Positions 1 to 13,295 of a stretch of DNA of 64,000 nt are shown here, piece by piece. Origin of the DNA: Balanoglossus misakiensis (Eukaryota; Animalia; Hemichordata). Numbering within the stretch: position 1 is the stretch's first letter; every line of letters starts with the position of its first letter. Where the stretch lies: contig CM082592.2 of assembly GCA_040954595.2 (NCBI GenBank), forward strand, positions 2,419,362 to 2,483,361, in the 5' to 3' direction. Under the pieces are notes generated by a model that did no database searches, was not told where the DNA came from, and worked only from the letters and a program-made list of their open reading frames with translations. Made by a program: the position numbers and the translations under genes.

Positions 1-450
1 TTAAAAGGTAGTCTTGCTCCAAGATTGTGTGATACTGAAAATGAAATGCGCGTCTGCGTTACGTATAGAACGTCCTGTGGACGCGACGCTAATCACCTGG
101 CGGCGCGTCGTACGAAAGTTCCATTCCCTATCGACAGGCACAGCGACTGCCATAGATTCTAGTTAAAAGGCAGTAGGACTATCAACGCATGGAATTCGCG
201 CATGCGCCAAGCCTATCAAATCGGGCATAATGTTACGGGGGGGGGGGGGGGGGGCTATATCGTTTTTTTAGTATGACCCCCCCCCCCCCACACACACACA
301 CACACATCATCAACCAGCAGCAGTAGCAGGTCGAGGAACACGAGGAAGGAAGCTGTACGACCGTTTGTAGGTCGTGGCTATATGTTTTTGATTTTCCCGT
401 CCCTTCTCTCTCAACGACCGACTGGGTTGTGCTATTACAGTTTTTTTTTT

Positions 451-800
451 CGACATATCTTCTCCCACGACCGCTTTTTTGGTCGTGGCTATGTTAATTT
501 CCAATTTCTCGACATATCTTCTCCCACGACCGCTTTTTTGGTCGTGGCTATGTTAATTTCCAATTTCTCGACATATCTTCTCCCACGACCGCTTTTTTGG
601 TCGTGGCTATGTTAATTTCCAATTTCTCGACATATCTTCTCCCACGACCGCTTTTTTGGTCGTGGCTATGTTAATTTCCAATTTCTCGACATATCTTCTC
701 CCAGGACCGGTTTTTTGGTCGTGGCTATGTTTATAATAATTTCCAATTTCTCGACATATCTTCTCCCACGACCGGTTTTTGGTCGTGGATGTGTTAAGTC
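451..800 (+). repeat. Subterminal tandem array, ~6 x 59 bp, each unit with hairpin CCACGACC-n8-GGTCGTGG
   Basis: Unit cgacatatcttctcccacgaccgcttttttggtcgtggctatgttaatttccaatttct starts at 451, 510, 569, 628, 687 and 752. Confidence 0.95.
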
Positions 801-1336
801 TTTGATTTCTTGGTGTTTCTTCTGCCGTGTCTTTATGTCTTCACTCTGGTCCATGGGCCGTCACTCAAGTGTTTTACCGACATGTATTGTATAAGGCGCG
901 CGCCAAATAAATAAACATTCTAGTTGCGCGTAAACAGCGGTTGCGCATGTGCAGCCGCCTCAGCAGCCGATCAACAATTCGATCTTTATTCGATAAATGC
1001 ATAAAAATTTGGTGGTTATTCTGGCAACAGCATGCATATATTATACTTGTCAATTAGCTGATCAACCTGGTCATCTGACCAAATATTTTTTCTTGAAAAA
1101 ACAACAAAAAAGTTTGCGAATTTCAACTGCATACATGTATTACTATTGACATAATAAACTAACTATATTGCACTTCAACAGTATCCCCATCAATAAAAAC
1201 ATTTTTCTCAGTAAGCAGGTGATATGTGAGTCTATATCAGTAAAGAAAAAAATACTAGCTTGGGTGCTTAATTTAATTGATGAATACGGAATGTTTAATC
1301 GTGATACCAAATTGGACAAAATTTAAACGTTACTAA

Positions 1337-4300
1337 TAGACCATGAGCCAGTAGGGGTTTACCTCCCCCCCCCCGGGGGGGGGGGGTTTTGAGACAATGT
1401 TTTCTGAAAGCCTATCATATACTGAGTAAAATTCACTTTGTTTGCCATCTGGGCACCGGGGCGTTTTCGAGTTATTGGCTTCTAAATTATATTGGGTAAC
1501 GTATGTAGAAATGCCTAAAAGTGCATATAAATTGACGTAGGGGGGTAAATTAGTCTTGTAAAATACTGTCTCTCTGAATGTATACCTAGAACAACAGGGA
1601 AGTATTTGGTATCAAAAGAAAGCTTAATAAACAAGCCTTCCATTAATTACAAAATAAAAGTTATATGACAAATCATGACATCATAGTGACGTCATAAGTC
1701 AAAATACCCTTACGAAAATGGTGTTCTGTTCACCTATAAATGTGAGGTTTTGCAAAACACGTCTCTGAGCAATTGTACTGATGAAAACTGTGATGTGTTT
1801 GGTATCAACAGAAAGCTGATTGAGTAAAGTATCTAATTATTGCAAAAAATTGATATAATAATCAATTACGTCATCATTACGTCATACTTCCAAGTACCCT
1901 TACCAATTAGTGACTATGATGACAAGTTATTACCCTAGGAGATAGGTGCCTTTAAATAAAAAAATTGGTAAGGAAGGTTTGTGAAGTCCATTCTATGTAA
2001 AAATTGGTGCTGATTCCAAAAAAGGCAGTCTGACTGACCCCCACCCAAGACAAAATTGCCATTTTGGCACTTTTTAACCCAAAAAGGTCATTTTTAGAAA
2101 ACACCCAAAACTTATATATTTTCTTCACTTTCGGAGATCTGATAATGTATTATATACCCACCCTGTGTGAAATTTGGTAGGTATTCAAAAAAGTAGGTTT
2201 ATTGGCGCCACTCAAGATTAAATTGCCATTTTGGCACTTTTTAACCCAAAAAAGGTCATTTTAAGAAAACACTAAAAACACACTGTTTTCGTCACATTCG
2301 AAGATCTGATGACATATGATATGCCTATTCTATGTAAAATTTGGTTGATATTACGAAAAAAGCAGTCTGACTGACCCCACCCAAGACAAAATTGCCATTT
2401 TGGCACTTTTTAACCCAAAAAGGTCATTTTTAGAAAACACTAAAAACACACTGTTTTCGTCACATTCGAAGATCTGATGACATATGATATGCCTATTCTA
2501 TGTAAAATTTGGTTGATATTACGACAAAAGCAGTCTGACTGACCCCAAACGAGACAGAATTGCCATTTTGACCATTTTTGCCCCAAAACGTCATTTTTAG
2601 ACAAAACTTAAAACACACTCTTCTCTTCATATTGATTGATTTGATGATATATGGAAAGTCAATTCTATGTGTAAAATGGTGACTATAAAACATAAAGCAG
2701 TCTTTTTGACCCCAAAAATGCCATTTTTGGCCACATTTTTGAGGTCAAAAAAGGTCATTTTTACAAAAAAAACTAAAAACAAACTGTTTTCTTCATATTT
2801 AGAGATCTGATTATGTATGAAAAGTCCATTCTATGTAAAAAAAAATCTGATTGACCCCACTCTAGTCAAAATTGCGTTTTTGGCAATTTATTGCCTAAAA
2901 AGACCTACTTAAGACAAATTTATCATTTTAAACATTATCTAGAGAAAAAAATGTTTGCATTTGGAAATAGCCCAATAATGATGATGAAACAGCGTTGAGA
3001 GTAAAAGAAGTTATACGAATTGAACCAAAGTCGCATCGATGAATCTAAACACGTCGCCCAGGACCAAGCATTAAACATGATACAGGCGACAAAAAGACAG
3101 GCACTGCACGTGGCAAAGTCCCAAATATTCACTTAGAGCATCTCTAAATTGAAACGTCAAGGAATTTAAGAGTTTTTATTATATTTATTAGGTTTAAACC
3201 CACATTTTCCCGTTGTGTGCTAGTTCAGGGGCCAGTTTTAGCTCTATTGAGTATTTAGCATCGTGGGATTGCACCCCTGTCCAATCAAAATGACGGAGGT
3301 ATCATGATATAATATAATTTCTGATTTTGTATTCAGAACGAAGAGGATAAATGTCAACAATCTATCCGGAGCTAGTATAGATGTACTTAAAAAAATTTAT
3401 ACCATGTATAAACGACTTATAGTATACAGTGTGAATACATGGATCGTCTCGTTTTATTGTTGAGTTCCATTTTAGGCTAAATGTGCCAAATTGTGGCAAC
3501 TCTGCCTTTCAATATCATCAATTCAACTGATATCATATGGTATGACATTTTAAATATGCAAATATAACATCAAAACTCAAAAGGCAAAAAACACCAATTA
3601 TTTTGTTTTCTGAAAAAGACAATTGTTGACTAGAAGATGGCTTAGTGGCAATTTTGTATTGAGTGGGGTCTTAATAAGACTGTTGTGTTGGTATCAGCAT
3701 ATTTTTTGCAAAAAATGGACTTTCCATTCATAATCAAACATTTAAATACGAAGAAAACAGCTTGTTTTCATTTTTTCTTGAAATGACCTTTTTGACCAAA
3801 AATGGCCAAAATGACAATTTTGTAGGGCTGAAAAGAATTTTTTTTTTTGGAATCGGCTCCCTTTCAACAAAAATGGACCTTCTCCGTACATCATAAGATC
3901 TCTGAAAATAAAGAAAGAAGTTTCAAACAGTTACCTTTTTTGAGCAAAGTGGCCAAAATGGCATTTTTTCCCTCTGTGGAGTCAGTACTAAGAGTGCTTT
4001 TTTGGAAAAATCGCTACTTTTAAGATAGAATGGACTTTTATTTATTATTAGATCACCAAAGGGAAAAAAATAGCATGTTTTTAGTATTTTCTAAAAATGA
4101 CCCTTTTTGGGCAAAAAGTATTTTCATCTTCATTGAGATCAATAAGATTGCTTTTTCTAGAGTCAACACCAATTTTTCAATAAATGGACTTTTCATACAT
4201 GATCAAATTTCCAAATATAAAGAAAAACGTTTGCTTATTTCTTAAAATGGCCTTTTTGGGCAAAAACTTGCCAAAAACGCAATTTAATCTTGAGTGGCGC

Positions 4301-5338
4301 CAATAAACCTACTTTTTTGAATACCTACCAAATTTCACACAGGGTGGGTATATAATACATTATCAGATCTCCGAAAGTGAAGAAAATATATAAGTTTTGG
4401 GTGTTTTCTTAAAATGACCTTTTTTGGGTTAAAAAGTGCCAAAATGGCAATTTAATCTTGAGTGGCGCCAATAAACCTACTTTTTTGAATACCTACCAAA
4501 TTTCACACAGGGTGGGTATATAATACATTATCAGATCTCCGAAAGTGAAGAAAATATATAAGTTTTGGGTGTTTTCTAAAAATGACCTTTTTGGGTTAAA
4601 AAGTGCCAAAATGGCAATTTTGTCTTGGGTGGGGTCAGTCAGACTGCCTTTTTTGGAATCAGCACCAATTTTTACATAGAATGGACTTCACAAACCTTCC
4701 TTACCAATTTTTTTATTTAAAGGCACCTATCTCCTAGGGTAATAACTTGTCATCATAGTCACTAATTGGTAAGGGTACTTGGAAGTATGACGTAATGATG
4801 ACGTAATTGATTATTATATCAATTTTTTGCAATAATTAGATACTTTACTCAATCAGCTTTCTGTTGATACCAAACACATCACAGTTTTCATCAGTACAAT
4901 TGCTCAGAGACGTGTTTTGCAAAACCTCACATTTATAGGTGAACAGAACACCATTTTCGTAAGGGTATTTTGACTTATGACGTCACTATGATGTCATGAT
5001 TTGTCATATCACTTTTATTTTGTAATTAATGGAAAGCTTGTTTATCAAGCTTTCTTTTGATACCAAATACTTCCCTGTTGTTCTAGGTATACATTCAGAG
5101 AGACAGTATTTTACAAGACTAATTTACCCCCCTACGTCAATTTATATGCACTTTTAGGCATTTCTACATACGTTACCCAATATAATTTAGAAGCCAATAA
5201 CTCGAAAACGCCCCGGTGCCCAGATGACAAACAAAGTGAATTTTACTCAGTATATGATAGGCTTTCAGAAAAACATTGTCTCAAAAATTCCCCCGGGGGG
5301 GGGGGGGGGGAGGTAAACCCCTTCTGGCTCATGGTCTA
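1337..5338. mobile_element. Non-autonomous Academ-like (AcademX-type) foldback element with ~930-bp TIRs
   Basis: Termini TAGACCATGAGCC...GGCTCATGGTCTA. 3-bp TSD TAA (1334-1336 / 5339-5341). 1337-~2270 is a near-perfect reverse complement of ~4400-5338. ~170-bp degenerate subterminal repeats continue inward on both arms. TAG...CTA termini, long TIRs and a 3-4 bp TSD fit AcademX. Confidence 0.8.
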
Positions 5339-5383
5339 TAAATTTTTTTTTAATAAAAAAGGAGTAACTTCACTTTAATTTAA

Positions 5384-6539
5384 AGTGGAACGTTGTGATC
5401 CGTTTTTGAGCCAATTCTGCGAAATGCGATTAAAAAGTACTATGAAAAACGTTGGTTTCATTCACTTTCACTTACGCATAACAGAGCTACAGCCAGCCAA
5501 AAACTGCGCGAACCCGGAAGTGAGTGACGTCAGCAACTCGTACCGTTGTCCGCTGCCGACGCGTTGGAGCGAGCTTATGCTTATACACGCCTGCACTCAC
5601 GCGACGTTAGCATAGCAAAATATTCTCGGGTAGTAGGCTACAATTTTGAACCAGAGATTCCCTTCTACGACCAAGAGACTGAATTTTACAGAGGACAAAA
5701 GTTCATGCAGTTCTGATCATCTCCGATGTGTCCCGTTTGTCAAGGCTTACACTTGGTGTGGTTTCAGTGAAACCATAGACCCTAGGGTCTATGGTGAAAC
5801 AGACAATACCCTCCCTTGTTGTCTCTCACTCGTTGTCACCTTTTCGAACCACTTTTCTTACAAAAATACTTTGTCACCTTTTATGGAGTTGAAAAGAACG
5901 CAGGTGCATCGTCCTGCTGTCCAGGTGTAGTACGTCCGTAGTATAATGGAAGCCAATACCATGTTATTCTATGCATGTTTCGTCTCTTGAAATGTATTAA
6001 AACTGCCCTTTTTAGTTGCTTTCATTTGATAACTATGCGATCGTCAATAAATGGAAATTAAACCCAAATACGTGTACCAAAAAACGTGCAGGAAAGATTT
6101 AAAACGGTACGTTTATTATTATCAGTTAGAACAACTTTGTATAGGCATTACGGTTTGTTCATAAACGTCGACATGCATGGCATCGTGGACATTGCAGGGT
6201 CTATGTCTGCACGCATCGACAAATACAATACACGTAGAGCATTGCCTTTGAAAGAAACTTATCCCCGTCGATTTTCCGAATATGTTTTTAAAATCATGAA
6301 CTTGACATTTCGCCATGTCAGATCCGCGCAAAATGTGTCTGTTTATTGGAAATGACACGTCGAATGTGTAAAGAGCGCTGCGCCTCGACTGCAACGCAAG
6401 TTGCTGACGTCACTGTAGTATTTTCAACTCGCGTCTTCTGCTTGCGCAGGAAGTGAAAGTGAATTAACCCATCGGAACGTTGCCATTTTTGACACCCGGT
6501 TTGTACTTTGAAGCCTAAAATTGTGGGTGTCGTTCCTCT
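5384..6539. mobile_element. Non-autonomous Kolobok-like element (nested)
   Basis: TTAA at 5380-5383 and 6540-6543. Termini AGTGGAACG...CGTTCCTCT. Inverted subterminal motifs TTCACTTTCACTT (5461/6451) and GTGACGTCAGCAACT (5524/6399). Confidence 0.7.
5767..5800. mobile_element. Probable P-element-type excision footprint
   Basis: Perfect 20-bp palindrome CATAGACCCTAGGGTCTATG (5774-5793) flanked by the 7-bp direct repeat GTGAAAC. Confidence 0.55.
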
Positions 6540-8072
6540 TTAATTTTATTTAAAATGTACTTGAAACCAGGTATATTTTTTTATAAAAGATCAACCGGCG
6601 AGTTTAAATACTTGTAAGACAGGGGAGTAGATTATGGGGAAATTGAAGAAAGTTGCGCAATTTAACATTAAGATTACTGAATTATCAAACTGCTTATCAT
6701 ATAAATGTGTGAAAAATGCGGAGCCAAAAGTCGTGCCAATCTGTAAAAACGTTATAGATAATAAACAAAATCCGTGTTTCGAAATACAGTGAAAGTAATA
6801 ACAAAGCAAGTGAGACTATTCATTGTAGAATAACGAAGTATATTTTTAAGAAGAAATATATAGATTGAAAGATTTCTAGATCTTTGTATGTAAAATTATA
6901 CAAATATTATATATGTATTTATAAGTTGATATGACCGGGCGAAATAGACACGTGTTTTGCCCAAAAAGATATATGATGTACACTGGCTGTGTAAGAACTC
7001 TTGAACTGTGGGCGATAATCATAAGCTGGCGTTTTCTTATTCTGAAATTTGGTTACGATATCTGGTTAAGGTACCCCCAAAATCGGAAACGCAATCAATG
7101 TCGAGTCAATCATCATAACCTTTTTCGCGGAACTGAATAGTTACTGTAGTTTATTTTCATATCACCACTGGCAAGATAATAAGTTGAAAGTTTCTGTAAC
7201 AAAACTTGAGTATATATGGAAATATTAAACTATAATAGTATAAATACATACACATATCCGATTTCATAGCAAATACTTATTCCCCAGTATTTTCAGAAGT
7301 CTACAGGTCTACAGTCTGTAGTTCCTGGTTGGGAAAAAAAATAAAATAAACACCATTTTCGCATGTGCTGATGTAAAAATTTATTCGACGCAAAGTGGTA
7401 ACGCGGGGCAACCGCAGTTGCGCGTCAGGAAACTCGTCGCCCGAAAATCCGACATGACGGATTTCGAGGCGACGTCGCCAGACGCGTTCCAGCGACGCGA
7501 CTACATCATACACACGAGGCAACTCACCGAGCAACTCGGGTTGCGCGTCGAGTTGCCTACCGAGTTGCCTCGTGCTGATAATGACTTTACACGCCAAAGT
7601 CGATAGGCTAAATACGATATGATTTCGGCTTGTGGTAATATGCAGTGGTAAAACCGCGATAGAATCGTTAAAACAATAACCGTTACGAAGCTCGTTTCGA
7701 TATAGTGAGGTCTGAAGATATGGATCTGAACCCTAATCACTGAGCACATAGAAAGTGCGCAAAACCCATAAAACCGGATACGCCGCGTCTTCCATCAGAG
7801 AGCGGACAGTCGTGATATAATTCCCCGAATCAGATGTCATTGCTTGGCGCAAAGCTTTACAGTTTTTATGACGAGTGTAAACGAAAAGATATTTAATTTG
7901 TTGAGAAAATAGCTTTTATTCACGAGATGAGTAAGCGTAGTTTTTCGGTGCTAAATTGGCATTCGGTGAACCCCCTGGGCTGCCCCCTACTAAATGCTTC
8001 AAACCAAATCAGGCCTGAAACCAAATGTATTTGATTTGGATGTTGTCGCTGCAAATTGTAATCCAAATAAAA

Positions 8073-8396
8073 GACTTAACATATCCACGACCAAAAATCG
8101 GTCGTGGGGGAATATACGTAGAGAAATCGAAGACTTAACATAGCCACGACCAAAAAACCGGTCGTGGGAGAATATACGTAGAGAAATCGAAGACTTAACA
8201 TAGCCACGACCAAAAAACTGGTCGTGGGAGAATATACGTAGAGAAATCAAAGAATTAACATATCCACGACCAAAAACCGGTCGTTGGGGAATATACGCAG
8301 AGAAATAAAAAAACCGGTCGTGGGAGAATATACGTAGAGAAATCAAAGACTTAACATATCCACGACCAAAAAACCGGTCGTGGGAGAATATACGTA
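8073..8396 (-). repeat. Subterminal tandem array, ~5.5 x 59-60 bp, inverted counterpart of 451-800
   Basis: Unit gacttaacatagccacgaccaaaaaaccggtcgtgggagaatatacgtagagaaatcgaa, carrying the same hairpin core in reverse orientation. Confidence 0.95.
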
Positions 8397-8747
8397 ACAT
8401 TATGCCCGATTTGATAGGCTTGGCGCATGCGCGAATTCCATGCGTTGATAGTCCTCTTTGCGGCAACTGCTACTGCCTTTTAACGTACGCGAGCTTTAAA
8501 AAGGGTGTCTAGTGAGTTTATATTCATGATATTCGCGACTGTAAATCGGTCGTACGACCGGTCGTGGGACTTGGTCATGTGAATCGTTGGTTCATTTTGG
8601 GCCAGGTATCATAAGTTGCAGCTCATGTGCCTTTAAATAATAAAATCCAAAAACCACAATTATAAGCACGAAATTCCAATAATTTTCAAGAGTAGGCGTG
8701 GTGAGGAGTGGATGTAGACAGCAGACACGCGTAAGCATAGTAAGCAT

Positions 8748-8975
8748 TAGACTAGCCCACTAGTCTCTTGGTGATTTTTAAATATCAATACTTTTTATGT
8801 TTTCGGTGTTTTTTGTCTTAATAATTTCAATACTTTTTGCGTGCATGCTTGCCTTGAGCGTGTTTTTGCTAGTGAGGCGAGTTTCGAATTTGGGAATGAG
8901 CTTGTGGTTTCGGGTAGCGCGCGCCGACGCGTTCCCTACACATAATGAAGCCCGTGGACTTGGAGCAAGTCTGAG
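8748..8975 (+). repeat. Dispersed repeat copy 1 (unclassified)
   Basis: Clearly similar to 37954-38150 (tagactagcccactagt...ttggagcaagtct). Confidence 0.8.
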
Positions 8976-11007
8976 TAAGCATTTGAAAATGGCGTGTTTG
9001 GTTTGCGCGTTGTCCCCACCAGAGAATGGTAGTGTCCAAGAAGCGCTCGGCTGGCACACTTTAGTCAAAATGATCCCTATAATCTAGTATACTGTTGACA
9101 GTTACATGTAAACAACGCTGTCGCAATTCCTTGAAAAATGATGCGGACGCCCGGGAACGGGCACTTGAAAGTTATTACAACATTTTTGAAAGTATTGTCA
9201 TTTTTAATGTGGATTTTTGGATTCTCCTTTGTATACATAATGAAAATCCGTAATAAAATATAGAGGTCACCGCGCTTGTTTTTTTTTTTTAAAAACGAGC
9301 CATGAATTAAGTCGATGAAAAAAGAAAACTACAGACTCAGTATTTATCACGAATGGTTTGTCTATGGGGAAATATTTAACGAAATATATCTCAAAATTGA
9401 GCGCGGTGACCATTCCATTTTACTGGACTGAATGAATGAATTATCTTTACTTGACAGAGCTATCGTGAACATTACAACAGTAGAAGTGGGTTTTCTAGCT
9501 ATTCCACGTGTAATCCTATGGAAAAAAGATGAACGCGCGTAGTTTTCCAGTTTAATCTGGTACTCACTGGATACCAAGTACCCCTGCCATTGCAATAGGT
9601 GTTAATAGTATTTTCCCTTTGCATGCAAATATCCTTGGGTCGCCCCTTTTGTCTCGATAAAATAAATCGATACCGTGACAGCAGTGAACTGTAACCACCT
9701 GTATTTGTACAATAGTGTTTTTCCGAGTTGGACTGAAACACCAATGAGCGACGCGTTTCTCCGAATGCTGAAATATGCTCTATGCGTTTTGGCGGTTGAA
9801 TATATTTGAATATATTTTATTTGAACAAGACGTTCGAGAAACAAACCTCATTTTTTCACAGGGCGAGCTCCAAGCAACATCTTACAGAAGCGGATCTCTG
9901 CGTGCCCGTGTCTCCAACCTGCTGCGATGCGCACTAAAGATAAGTTTTCCTTTTACATTTGACATGATTTACTGGTTAGACCTAAATTATATGTATACTT
10001 TCAGCCCGGTTCAAATCCATTGTACTGCATTTTCTGTGTATTTTACCGGTATTTTCGGAAAGACACGCGCCTAAAATGTACCACGGTTGGGTACAAACGA
10101 TTTGACCAACAGACATGTACACATGACGTTTTCGAATTTCGTTCTATGATTTGCATGATCGGTGTTTTTCAAAGAAAATAGGCTAAATCGATTGCAAAAC
10201 GCGCCATAATTTCGCGATATTGGTAACCTTCACATGTAATTAAATGGGCCGACCGGTTTATAAATTAGCTGTCCATATGAGCCAGGATCTGACAGCCGAC
10301 CTGCAGACTCAGGCAGTTCGCACATGCACCACATTGCACCAACCCACTAACCCCTGTCTGGGGCTAGAGGTATGCTGCTAGATACCTATGGGGGTCCAAA
10401 TTCTCCTAAAATTTTCGGTAAGAACAGTTTTTTTTATGGGAAAGATAGGCGTTTGTCATTCACGCAAAAGTTTTTATCTGACACGCGAGATTTTAGTTAA
10501 ATTATAGGTGACTTTTGCTATCTAAGTTGCATGTTATAAAACGGCACAGCAGTTCATAATTTTTATTCGGAAAGGTGGAAAGAAACTACATAGTTGCAAA
10601 ACGCCACAATTTCGCGATATCGGCCGTCCAGTTTACAAATTAGCTGTTTGAAACTTTTCTGAAATGATAGGTGTCTTCGGTAAACTAAGTTGCATGTTAT
10701 GTATAAAATAATGACACGGTTGATCGTTTTTATTCGGAACAAATAAAGAAACTGCGTGGTTGCAAAAAAGTCTTCGCGATATCAGTCTTCCAGTTTACAG
10801 ATTAGCTGCTTGAAACTTTTTTTTAAAACACGTTCGAAGATAAGGATGCGCGCCCAGACCAGTTCCACCAATTCTCTCGGCAATATCGCATAGGCCTAAT
10901 TCACGAAGAAGCCCCGCGCCCAAGCTTCTCTGAAATTCCGTTTTTCGTTTCTCAACACCATTTCTTTTCCCCTTTCCCAGAAGAATATTTGAAAGTTTCA
11001 TCCGTCC

Positions 11008-11680
11008 ACACAAGTCTCTTTCTGCTTTCTCAATAGTCATCGTGTCAGAAGAGAAGACAACCAAACAGCAGATTGGCACCGAGCGAGCGAGCAGGAAGGG
11101 CACATCTTTGATGACCGGATCTCCAAACTGCAATATTTGTCCGACAGACACACTTCGTTTTCGTTCCATGATTTTCCTGCCACACAAGTCTCTTTCTGCT
11201 GTCATCGTGTCAGAAGAGAAGACAACCAAACAGCAGATTGGCACCGAGCGAGCGAGCAGGAAGGGCACATCTTTGATGACCGGATCTCCAAACTTGCAAC
11301 ATTTGTCCGACAGACACACTTCGTTTTCGTTCAATGATTTTCCTGCCACACAAGTCTCTTTCTGCTGTCATCGTGTCAGAAGAGAAGACAACCAAACAGC
11401 AGATTGGCACCGAGCGAGCGAGCGAGCAGGAAGGGCACATCTTTGATGACCGGATCCGGATCTCCAAACTGCAATATTTGTCCGACAGACACACTTCGTT
11501 TTCGTTCCATGATTTTCCTGCCACACAAGTCTCTTTCTGCTGTCATCGTGTCAGAAGAGAAGACAACCAAACAGCAGATTGGCACCGAGCGAGCGAGCAG
11601 GAAGGGCACATCTTTGATGACCGGATCTTCAAACTGCAATATTTGTCCGACAGACACACTTCGTTTTCGTTCTTGATTTT
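11008..11680 (+). repeat. Tandem array, 4 x ~165-175 bp
   Basis: Unit cacaagtctctttctgctgtcatcgtgtcagaagagaag...ttcgttccatgattttcctgcca. The first copy keeps an acceptor-like ttctgctttctcaatag shared with the next array. Confidence 0.95.
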
Positions 11681-11974
11681 CGCGATTGGTGTTTTTTTTA
11701 ACTGACCCTTGAAAGTGCAATATTTAAAGTTATAACGCGAATGCCCATAAGATCAATTTTTCAGGCCTTTACTTGTTTCAACAAAGTCATGCCAGAAGAA
11801 ACCAACTTTGAAGTCAAGATACCAGTAAACCAGCCCATTCTCGCCATTCTCTTTCTGTCTTCTCAACAGCCAGATCCAGAAGAAATTAAAGAGAAGGCAA
11901 CCAGATTTCGCCAAGGAAGGCCCACGCAAAAGTCATGTCGGAAGAAACGAAATTTGAAGTGAAGAAACCAGCAG

Positions 11975-13295
11975 TAAACCAGTCGCCATTGTAGGAGAAA
12001 TGGACAAAGAGAATCCAGCCCACGGCCCACCACCACCACCCCACTCCACCAACCTCAACATTGCATATTCTTATTTGGCATCTTGCCACATTATATTAAA
12101 CAGTTTCTTTCTGCTTTCTCAACAGTTACTGTGTCAGGTGAAATCAAATTTAAGGAGGAGGCAATCAGAATCCAGTGCAATCTTCAAACCAGTCGCAGGA
12201 GAAATGGACTTTAAAGAGAAGACAAAGAGAATCCAGCCCACGGCCCACCACCACCACCCCACTCCACCAACCTCAGCATTACATATTCTTATTTGGCATC
12301 TTGCCACATTATATTAAACAGTTTCTTTCTGCTTTCTCAACAGTTACTGTGTCAGGTGAAATCAAATTTAAGGAGGAGGCAATCAGAATCCAGTGCAATC
12401 TTCAAACCAGTCGCCATTGTAGGAGAAATGGACTTTAAAGAGAAGACAAAGAGAATCCAGCCCACGGCCCACCACCACCACCCCACTCCACCAACCTCAA
12501 CATTGCATATTCTTATTTGGCATCTTGCCACATTATATTAAACAGTTTCTTTCTGCTTTCTCAACAGTTACTGTGTCAGGTGAAATCAAATTTAAGGAGG
12601 AGGCAATCAGAATCCAGTGCAATCTTCAAACCAGTCGCAGGAGAAATGGACTTTAAAGAGAAGACAAAGAGAATCCAGCCCACGGCCCACCACCACCACC
12701 CCACTCCACCAACCTCAGCATTACATATTCTTATTTGGCATCTTGCCACATTATATTAAACAGTTTCTTTCTGCTTTCTCAACAGTTACTGTGTCAGGTG
12801 AAATCAAATTTAAGGAGGAGGCAATCAGAATCCAGTGCAATCTTCAAACCAGTCGCCATTGTAGGAGAAATGGACTTTAAAGAGAAGACAAAGAGAATCC
12901 AGCCCGCGGCCCACCACCACCACCCCACTCCACCAACCTCAGCATTACATATTCTTATTTGGCATCTTGCCACATTATATTAAACAGTTTCTTTCTGCTT
13001 TCTCAACAGTTACTGTGTCAGGTGAAATCAAATTTAAGGAGGAGGCAATCAGAATCCAGTGCAATCTTCAAACCAGTCGCCATTGTAGGAGAAATGGACT
13101 TTTAATAAAGAGAAGACAAAGAGAATCCAGCCCGCGGCCCACCACCACCACCCCACTCCACCAACCTCAGCATTACATATTCTTATTTGGCATCTTGCCA
13201 CATTATATTAAACAGTTTCTTTCTGCTTTCTCAACAGTTACTGTGTCAGGTGAAATCAAATTTGAGGAGGCAATCAGAATCCAGTGCAATCTTCG
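11975..13295 (+). repeat. Tandem array, 6 units alternating 218/224 bp, each with acceptor + 12-nt slot + GT
   Basis: tttctttctgctttctcaacag|TTACTGTGTCAG|gtgaaa at 12126, 12344, 12568, 12786, 13010 and 13238. Confidence 0.9.

Larger units (their letters stand above)
167..8479. mobile_element. Non-autonomous Kolobok-like DNA transposon (outer element) hosting two nested elements
   Basis: TTAA at 163-166 and 8480-8483. Termini are AAGGCAGTAG...CTACTGCCTT. 167-237 is the reverse complement of 8393-8479 apart from one 16-bp indel. Subterminal 59-60 bp tandem arrays lie in opposite orientation at the two ends. TTAA TSD with RR...YY termini is the Kolobok signature. No transposase ORF seen. Confidence 0.75.

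Noticed and set aside
451-800. Palindromic 59-bp repeats resembling a CRISPR array (also 8073-8396)
   Set aside because: The intervening sequence is identical rather than unique spacers, there are no cas genes, the context is eukaryotic, and the arrays sit symmetrically inside transposon TIRs.
7513-7574. GC-rich imperfect hairpin (cacgaggcaactc...gagttgcctcgtg) as an ncRNA
   Set aside because: It lies inside the outer transposon and shows no tRNA, snRNA or other recognisable RNA-gene motif.
10190-10830. Degenerate ~180-bp repeats (gcaaaa...ttcgcgatat...gtttacaaattagctg)
   Set aside because: Real but too decayed to delimit or classify, with no termini or coding signal.
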